Source: Bigelowiella natans CCMP2755
Lineage: Eukaryota > Protista > Cercozoa
Assembly: GCA_000320545.1 (NCBI GenBank)
Contig: ADNK01001077.1
Coordinates: forward strand, 1 to 64,000
DNA: 64,000 bases
Direction of reading: 5' to 3'
The notes below the pieces were generated by a model. It was not told the DNA's origin, did no database searches, and saw nothing but the letters and a program-made list of their open reading frames with translations. This document shows, one piece after another, positions 54,803 to 64,000 of this stretch. How positions within the stretch are numbered: position 1 is the stretch's first letter; each line of letters starts with the position of its first letter. A program made the translations under genes and the position numbers.

Positions 54803-55069
54803 TCAGTGAACACATGTAACAGTAGCTACTGGGCGCTGACATTTAATTGGTACATCGTTGCAAGTCGGTACATTAACGACTTTATCGTCCATGACCATCG
54901 TGGTTGACCTATTCATGCATTATTACACAACACATTCATTTCAGGATGATTGCTATAAAGACAACATAATACGTACTGATACATACAACATGAATATGAA
55001 TCTTCAAGTAACAAGGATTGTGTCTATTTATATCAGCCATAAATACTATCCAGCAACAACTTTATTTGG

Positions 55070-55104
<35 letters not shown>

Positions 55105-55247
55105 CCCTCCGCCATCAAGATTGATTGCATGGGCTGCTCCTATGGAGATAAGAATGTCCTGCCAACAACAGTATTCGAGACCTATCATTCTCTTCAATTC
55201 GTTTATCTGGTTAAAACAACAATTCTACTACAGTTTGGGGATAATAC

Positions 55248-55278
<31 letters not shown>

Positions 55279-56154
55279 AGACAGTAGTAACAACAAACCA
55301 ACCGCCATCTGATAAAGAGTCGGTCCTTTCCCGCTTTTGCACGTCTCACACCCATCTACTACAAGCATAAGTAGGCGCCCTTTTCCATCAACGCCAATGG
55401 TTGTCCTTTAAGTAAGACGAAGACGATGATGATGATGATGATAATGATGATGATGAATTTGTTATTATCATTATCCCACCAGTAAACACATTATACTAAC
55501 TAAAACTTGCGCCATCGGCTGATTATGGCGTTAAACCGAAAATGAACATAGCATCTATTATCTTGGTCTTTATGAATAACGTGTTTTATTATCATTAATA
55601 TTACTACTATTATAATTATTATTGTTACTAATTATTGGTTGATTCACCTTGGAGCTGCTTCACCTCCTGGAGTGCTGACCTTTAAAACAAAAGAAACAAA
55701 CCAACAATATTGCAGGAAGGTAAGGACAGCTACTGCTAAATAACAATACATAGCATATATAAATACAATATGTACAGAATATCATTATCCCTATGTTCAA
55801 ACGTTTGTGATATGATGAGAGCACCTAATCAGTGTTTAATCAGTGTTTGTAATTACCACTCAACCCACCCCCCTCTCATAACACTATCATTATCCCTCTT
55901 TCTTTTCTATCTTCTTCTACTTCCACTACTAACGTAGTGTCCTTTGTTCTTCTTCATGAATGGGTCATAATCACCGTGCTAGTCCCGTTGTATACTAGCC
56001 AACCAAAACCACTCATGATGTTCATCACACCTACGGGATCATCAGATGATGAGGATGATAATGGCCATAAACATAACAATAGCACTTTAGATGTGAAACC
56101 ATATGTACTGTGAGGGTGTGTAGATGATGACAGCAAGAAGAAAACACCTTCACA

Positions 56155-56191
<37 letters not shown>

Positions 56192-56276
56192 GTGAGTGTA
56201 ATACCATGTTGATGATGACAGGTGATAGAAGAAAACACAAACAGACGCAGAGAGTGAGAGGGAACGAGGGAAGGAG

Positions 56277-56333
<57 letters not shown>

Positions 56334-56471
56334 GCTTCTACTACTATTATAGTGGAATAATAAGAACCTAATTCTGAGAGCTCATCAGTTGAATTGACGT
56401 GCCCCATCACCCACTCATTATTTCGTGATACTCCAAACTGTGCGTTGCTTCCTGTACGTAGTAGATGGACA

Positions 56472-56503
<32 letters not shown>

Positions 56504-56900
56504 TAGTAGTAGTAACTGTATTAAATTTAGGCAGTGGTTGAGATGATGATGACACTACTACTACGCAATGCAGATCATGATGCTGATGGCTACTTCCTAG
56601 AATGAACAAATGATGATGATGACGCCCTTGGTTTACTAGTTTACCCGTAAAATCCTGCGACAAAAGTGTCCCTGAGAGAGAAGACCAACGAATGATTTGG
56701 AATAATATCATATGATGTCAAAAAGGGGAGGGGATAATATGATTCATTTTGGTAGGCTTCTCCCCTTAACAATGAACGATCAAAAAATAGGTTTGTTTGA
56801 CAATTGGAAAGTAGCTGCTAATGCTTCTGCTAGTGCTGCTGTTTCTCGCCTAATGTTGCAGTATCGTTACCATAAGTTTCTTCTTATTAGTGTGGGTTAT

Positions 56901-56945
<45 letters not shown>

Positions 56946-57649
56946 ACTACCATTTTGCATGAGTAATCCGATACACTGATCATCGTGGCAGCAGTTGAAC
57001 AACGACCAACAGTATCGTAGTATCAACAACACAACAACAACAACAACAACAACGTAGATCACTTACTGAGCTCAAAGGAAACCAGATCGGTAGATAGAGA
57101 GATCATGATGCTCTAGATTCGTTCAACAATGTGTGAGCAGCTTTTATTCTAAATCCTACTTGTTCATCATGATATATCTTCACCTTGCCTTTTCCTTTCA
57201 TACCGAAAGGCCCCCCATTTGTGGCCAATTTACAACCGGCCTTCGAAGCAGTTTCGAGGGTTTTGAACAAGCCATTGCCTGAAAACAGCACGTTGCTCGG
57301 TACACCACCATCACGAATAATAATCGACAAGAGAAACACAACATTGGACAACATCAACACCAAAGTGCTGCATGCAGGCAACAGTGTCATTACCACATTC
57401 GTTGATGGGAGGAAGGGCTTCGAATACCGAACTAGCCCCTGAGATGACTGCTAAATAGCCGTTTCTGCCGCCACCAGCGATATCTTCTAGCACTGTAAGA
57501 TTCACGGAAGAAGAAGGAGAAAAGGAAGATGCGCCCCTGTTCAACGTCGTGTCGGAAGGTACAATGACGATGCGAGGTGGGATGACCACTAGTGCATTAG
57601 TGGCAGCAACTGTGCGAAAGATAACAACAAACAAAGCAGTTGTTATCAT
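54803..57649 (-). CDS. Phosphodiester glycosidase (NAGPA / uncovering enzyme / DUF2233 family) with signal peptide
   Basis: Spliced motifs TLETASKAGCKLATNGGPF, SGFGWLVYNG, AP|RTTIGVDGKGRLLMLVVDG, GAAHAINLDGGG|STTMV and CQRPVATVTCVH*. These are canonical NAGPA-family motifs. Confidence 0.92.
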
Positions 57650-58019
57650 CCATTATCATCAACTCAACACGTCATTATCAATAAAATAGACAAGATACAA
57701 TACCTCCCAGCAGTACTACTGCCCATGCTTGCTTGAACATTTGCTACGCCAACTTTGATATTTTCACTAGTTGTGATATAGTAGTGGGTGCTTGCTTCGG
57801 ATAAAATGCAATCCTTGTTGCTCGATCTCTCCCCCCCCTGAACGAGGACAAGCGTGATTTGATTCTCCTGCCAATTTGTCTCTGCGACAAGAACTTATAT
57901 CTTACAGCCGCATGTTTTAATATTTGTCACAGATGGAAAATGCCCTGTGATTTGTTTCTCCGACAAAGACTAGGTACCCCCCCCTCTAGGCCCTCTTTAT
58001 TGAGTACACGTGTGCCGGT

Positions 58020-58359
58020 ATGAAGCACCTCTTTGAGCATACGCACACGGCCTCTATGCAAGACCAGACCCGCCTTGCGAAGGCATGCCAGGTGAAAGCA
58101 CCAGGCCGTTGTGAATATATGTGAAATTCAGCTATGAAAGCACCTTGAGAAATTAGGATCTTACGTTGTGTTTGCCCCTTGCCGTCGTGATTCGCTAACA
58201 TGATGATGTACAACCCTTTTTGAACATGTATTTATCAGGATCGTGGATATGTTTCTATACACAATACGGAGTTCGTTGCGGCGAATGTGTTTGTACTTTT
58301 TCTCGGAACCTGGGTACTACAACTAATAGTATCCAATTGTACCTAATTTAAAGAGATGC

Positions 58360-58401
<42 letters not shown>

Positions 58402-59467
58402 TCCGCCATCATGATCGCAACGATATGTACATATATATCATAATGGAATAATCAGGCGTTATCGCTGGCATTAGACACTGCTCTTAGAACAATTAAGAAG
58501 GTAATGAAGAGCGTGTATTCACGCACACACCAGATACATCCATTGCTACTGTTACAATTCTCAGAGTTTTCCTCTTATTCTTATCATTATTATTGTTAAT
58601 GTAATATAAATATCACATTTGTAATATCAACGTTTGTATTACTGCGAATAATATACTTTTATTTCTCTATTGTGTTAATGGCTGTTTGTAGGGATATGAG
58701 CGGCTGAGCATTTATCACCAGCGAAACTGCGTGACATATATAATCGAAATCATGTAGGTGAAACGATGAGTTATGTTGTTATAATAATAATGATGATGAT
58801 GATGATGATGATGATGATGTGGTAATATAAAGGTATACAAGCATCGTTTTCCTTCTCCAGCTTAAGTACGGCTTTTCTCTGATGGTATTGTCGTAAATAA
58901 ATAGCATACACGAAGTGCCAATGCCAATCTAAAATGTAATTGTTAATGCCAACGAGAGGAGAGAGTGAAAGGGCGAGAGAGGGAGAGGAGAGAGGAGGGG
59001 GGGGAGAAGATATTGTTTAGAGAGACCTTCAATATTCTAAAATCAATAATCACCTCGCTACTTAATGTTTAATGAAGTTCTATGGTGAAACTAACACGAT
59101 GGAAGAGAAGAAAGGACTTAGCTATGCTGCAGTCCTTCTTACAGGTTAGTAGTAGTAGGCTGCTACTAGTGCTGCTGCTGGTGGATAATCAACTACTAGT
59201 AGTAAAAATACTTTTATAAAGCAGAAACAACTTTTTCTTCGAGATGACATAGCAAGCTGAATCTCGCAAAACAAAAAATAGTAGCGATTACTTTTATACT
59301 TTGTTTTTATCGTTCTCTCCCCGCTTAAGCATTGATTTTTATACAATTTTGGTGGTGCTTTTACAATAATGATGACCAAAATTAGGCTTATACTCATTCG
59401 AACTAGCATACAGGTTGTATTGTTAGTCACGGCATCTGCTTAACTCCCCGATGATGAGTGTGTGGAT

Positions 59468-59512
<45 letters not shown>

Positions 59513-60419
59513 TGTGTGTTTGTGTGCGTTGTAAATAACTCCATGATTAACGATAACTCCAAAACTTGATTATCATCATCGCCATGATCGCCATCAGCAT
59601 CATCATCATCACTATCGTCGTTCATACATAATAGGCTGCAAACTCACTGGCAGTTGGCAGTGCATCATCTCATTGCTATTGGGGTTCTCTTGGTAATGGA
59701 TTATTTTGACCGATGCTACAATACATTTGCTGCATCCAAGGGAAAATCATCGAGAGGAAAATATTCTGTCTTCATCAGTTTTCGAATGAATAAATGAAGA
59801 GAGCGCATTATTTATTTATTTCTCAATTTATTATTGTCGGTGATGAAATGATGCACCCTCTTTTTGGTCTCTAGATCTTCCATCCATTCTTATGTATTAT
59901 GATCTATCTTCAGGTTGCATTCTACAACTGGTTTGATTATCCTGACCAAGCGCTTCCCGTCATTCGTATGTGCTGGTGAGTCATCATCCTTCAACTGATG
60001 ATAGATATACAACAACAACATCCGTAGTTGTCACTCAAATGTAGTCCTATACTCGATGATATCAATGAATCAGCATCAGCAATACATTACATTATTGATT
60101 TTTGGTTGAAATTACTTGCCTGATCACCTACACCGCGCGGAACTAACAAGAAAATGTTATATATACAATGTAAATAGTGAGTGTGTTCTTGTAATAAACT
60201 GATCCCGTTTTTGTCTTACCAATGCTGTTTTCTATGATCATCATCATTGCCATCAACATCAGCGTATTTGTCCTTCATGCCTCCACTGAGCAACTATGCT
60301 TCCTCGCTCTCCTTCTACATAGGTCGTCGCTGTTTCATCGTTGAAATGTTTATTTATGTGCTCACATTGACGTGTACCACAACCCCTCTGTTGTCGTTTT
60401 GGTTTACTACTACTACCAC

Positions 60420-60456
<37 letters not shown>

Positions 60457-61626
60457 GTAATAATGATAAATGTTGTCCATGTTTCAGGCTGCTGGATCAT
60501 CATCAGTACACTAATCTTCTGAGGCATATTCATCTTTTCGCTGCACTCTCTAGGTAGAAGTCTTCTTCTTCCTACCCATCCTATATCTATAAATCACTAT
60601 CTATTGACGACTATTAATCAACAACAAACTATAAATGTCTCTCTCTACCCCTATACACTTCTCTTCCTCCCCCCCACCCCTTCCTTCTCGTCCTCTTGGA
60701 TCATGAATTTCCGATTGCTACCACTACTGCAGCTACGTATTGAAGACAACAATTTGCATAATCACGTGGATATTATGGCTACCTTTCTTTTTGCAACCCC
60801 AAGATAAGTATAACTCGTATATCTGGTAATAAGAATATTAATAATAATAACTATAAAGAGGAGAGGCAACAAGTAACAACAAATAATCAACAGCAAGATA
60901 CTTTTTCCTATTCATTTGTTCGTCGTCTTTTTCTAGTATGTGGATCTGTAGGAGCCCTTCCTTTGTCATCTTTTTCTATTATGTGAATCTGTCGTAGAAA
61001 CCCGTCTTTTAGAAAAACCTGCTCTTAGCAAGCTATTCAAATCATCTCACCATCATCATCGATCATCATCATCGATCATCAATGTGTATTTTCAGGTTTT
61101 GGAGATGGGTATTCCCTGTCCTAAACTTCGTGATGTTATTCGTGCAGTGGTGGGCTTCTACGATATTTTGGTCTCTTTCAAGAAGGTATATGCAATGTGC
61201 TCGCTGTTGTTATATCCACAGGCACTATCACTATAGACAACATAGCACGTTTCGTAACCATAAATATTAGTATAGGTACTATTTTGTAAAGTTGCTACTT
61301 CTGTCATATCTTCTCAGATTTCAAAAGATGATGATACGTGAGGAGGATGCAGATGTTTTGCGGTATAAAAACCAGGTAGCATTTTGCAGTGATTATAACA
61401 AAAACATAGTGAGCGCTACGACAGAATCATCCCGCATGATATACATGAAACAAATCTCTCTCTTTCTTTCTCTTGTTGTGTATATTCATACTGAAATCAA
61501 CACAATCCTCTCATCTCTCCTCATATCATATGAATTATGCTCGTGTTTGTACTACTACGAAGATGCGAAAGAGTCTAGTGTTTTCTACCGTCGATGTTTC
61601 GGATCTTGATAGGTATTGAGTAGTAA

Positions 61627-61658
<32 letters not shown>

Positions 61659-61983
61659 CTCGTAGTAGTAGTAGTAGTAGTAGTAATAGTAGTAGTAATA
61701 GGAGTCATAAGGAAATATACGGAGATATGCTACACATCAGAAGCATACTTATTTTATAAAGTACACGAGCAATCATGAATGAGCAAGCATATATGTTAAC
61801 TGACGACTCTCCTCAATACATCATCATCATCCTCATCGTCATTTCACCATCCGAAAATTGCGGTTTATCGCTCAGGCGGAAATTGCAACAGCATGTGTAC
61901 CGGTCGTTCGAGAAACCAAGATCTCACTACATCACAAATTAATCGGAAATCCTAGTTGTCCTCATCATCTATCGAATTTATAA
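58020..61983 (+). CDS. Multi-exon TLC (TRAM/LAG1/CLN8)-like multi-pass membrane protein; ends approximate
   Basis: Exons GYERLSIYHQRNCVTYIIEI, GLYSFELAYR, HWQLAVHHLIAIGVLL (HH motif) and FWRWVFPVLNFVMLFVQWWASTIFWSLSR. Confidence 0.65.
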
Positions 61984-62149
61984 CATAATTTAGAAGTGAA
62001 AAACGACGATCATATTTTGAATCCATCTTTCTACTGGCTTAAAACGCATAGCTGCAGGAATATGTAAGGATGCGTTCTGGCAGTGAATGTACATATACCA
62101 TAGTTGCATTTATACAGTTATGGTATCATTGCCAAGGATATTAAGAATG

Positions 62150-63550
62150 TGTGTACATGATGCATGGCTTGAGTATTTTTCCATAAAAACACATCGCGTT
62201 GCTAGATTGTGATGATATTATCTAGCAATAGACGCTTGCGCAGATGAAGCAGAGACAATGCAATGCACACTCCATGCAATGTTGCCATGTCTAGTGCCTC
62301 TAGGTCTCCATTGAGTGCCCCCCTCTCTTCAAGACCAAAGACACCATTGCTACTCTTACCTAGTTACGCACTGCTAGACTGCTGGACTGTTGTGGACACA
62401 ACAACACAACAGATGATGAACACCATGTGTGGCTTGCATCGTCGCCTGCCTAGCTGCCCAGTTGCTCTAGCTAGCTAGTGCTGTCGCAGGGCGCACAACG
62501 GCGTCCCAGTCTTCTAGTCTTGTGGAACTGGCTAGCTGGGGGCCGCATTTCAGTGCGCCCTACGATGCCTAGCAGCTAGCGCCGTGCAAGTTCGGAAGCA
62601 GCGGTTGCATCTGGGGCTCCCTGACTGAATGCTGTGTGCGAATCGGGGCTAGGGGGTGTCGGTGCCAACGCGCTAGCATGGCGCGTGCCAAAACACTGAC
62701 CATGCTACAATGCTAGCATGGCTACGATGTCGCGATCGAAATGCTAGAATGCGCAGGTGGCGCACAGAAGCTAGAGAAGGCTACCCACGACCTCGCGGAG
62801 AGGGATTTTGTGACCTCGGCCGCGTCGGCTGGCTAGCTGGTGACGGCAACTGGGTGAATGCGTCGAGAGAGGTTTGCTAGTTTGTCAGCCTTTTGTTGGG
62901 GTCGTCCGGTGCGTCCTGTCTAGCTGTCTGTGTCTGCAGCTGCGTGGATGATCCAATTCCTGAAGACAAATCGTTTGAGAACGACTTCACTAGCTCAATG
63001 TGTTGCGCCTAAGATGTGTTTATCGCGATGTCGCTTCTAGTGATTGGCACACCGACGCAGGTCGCTGAGGTCTTTGATCGACGTTGAACTTGCTAGCTTG
63101 GAGTGCAGTTGAACCAGCCAGCCAGGGTCCAGAGGGTGTCCGCCTTGCTAGCTTGGAGTCCCAGTTGGATTGTTGCCAGAATGGCGTCGTCGACGCACAC
63201 CAGTGGGATGACGACTTCGATTGGGATTTTCGGGTTCACTTTGGTGCAAATGCACGGGTCAGCACCAGGGCATGCTGGCATGTGAAGCGCGAAGTGTGAC
63301 AGAAATCCGAACGACTTGACCGTTGAATCGAGGGTGAGGTCTGTTGGGTGCCACTTGCGGCCAGCTAGCCAGCTTGCTAGCTCTAGAGCTTGGTACAGTC
63401 CGCAAAGGGCCTTGTTCATTTACCAGACGTAACCGTTGGGCACAGAGACTCCTTGCGGTGGCTGAACCCATGGAGGTGTGCGGCCAGAATGTGAACGTTG
63501 TCGTCGTCGTTGTCAAAGTTGTTGTTGGTGTTGCACAAGAGAGACCGCAA
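62150..63550. other. TpA-depleted, CTAG-enriched zone 7
   Basis: Same signature as the other zones; the non-CTAG survivors are mostly CTAC. Confidence 0.9.
62960..63480 (-). mobile_element. Degenerate Ty1/copia LTR-retrotransposon reverse transcriptase (RVT_2) fragment
   Basis: WVQPPQG..VW*MNKALCGLYQA..GRKWH..GF..ADPCICTK..VIPLVCVDDAIL..KF..IKDL..GVPITR...S*AQHI..LKRF is collinear with the copia RT consensus (qPeG, KALYGLKQAxRxW, DPCLY, YVDD, KDLG, SQxxYI). It carries stops and frameshifts. Confidence 0.9.
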
Positions 63551-64000
63551 CTCCATGAAGTGTCAGATTTTTCCAGGATAATTTCTGTGCAACCAGAAAG
63601 TTTGAAAACTGGCAAGGATTTTTTTGGACATTTCCTTGTCGCAAATACAAAACAAAGGCAAATTTGTTGTCCTTCGGCTAAAATCCAAGCTGCGACAATG
63701 CGCCGCCCTCCTCCCCCCTTCCACCTGCTAATACTATTGGCCCCTCTTGCTCTTTTCGTCTTATCTACCAAGAATATTGGAGCAGGGTTAATTACTAACT
63801 CTGTTAGGAGCAAGGGGCTGGTGAAGATGAATACAGCTCTAAGCAGTGCTCGAAACAAGCTTCATTGGAGAGAAAGATGGGGGGGTACTACTGTTCTCCC
63901 CCCTCATTCAAGCACTGCCTTTTACGGAAGACAAGTTCTCTCTCCAAAGTCCATGTTCTCGATCGAAAACGTTCAGAAGTTCATCAGTGCTGATGCGGTG

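Noticed and set aside
62960-63480. ADAR-type RNA hyper-editing fixed by reverse transcription
   Set aside because: Changes occur on both strands of one element, and UAG, the context ADAR prefers, is the spared one.
63550-64000. ORF 63259-63858 or the window-end sequence as part of the copia element or a gene
   Set aside because: No recognisable motif upstream of the RT fragment, and the region is truncated by the window edge.

Overview
AT-rich eukaryotic (protist) nuclear DNA; the gene families and intron style suggest a chlorarachniophyte-like organism, which is an inference. Most short ORFs in the supplied track are microsatellite artefacts. Real genes are spliced and mostly sit in divergent pairs: a FUT8/GT23-like fucosyltransferase, a large PDZ-like gene, an intronless 243-aa ORF, a coiled-coil+SPRY gene, a UBA/Tudor-like gene, an atypical Rho GTPase, two 7TM-like paralogs, a NAGPA-family phosphodiester glycosidase and a TLC-domain membrane protein. 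There are also MULE-like and Ty1/copia remnants. The main finding is that every long intergenic spacer (about 8.9-11.7, 15.0-15.7, 31.0-32.4, 36.9-38.5, 48.2-48.8, 53.6-54.7 and 62.2-63.5 kb) is strongly depleted of TpA, and in the cores TpA survives essentially only inside CTAG, while TG/CA are in excess and CpG remains abundant. A copia reverse-transcriptase fossil in one zone gives the direction of change: YVDD->CVDD, KALYG->KALCG, DPCIY->DPCIC and KWY->KWH, i.e. TA->TG and TA->CA. This points to an A:T->G:C, both-strand hypermutation of silent/TE DNA at 5'-TAH-3', a mirror image of fungal RIP. I do not know of a description of such a system, but novelty needs a literature check, and no candidate mutator enzyme is encoded in this window.
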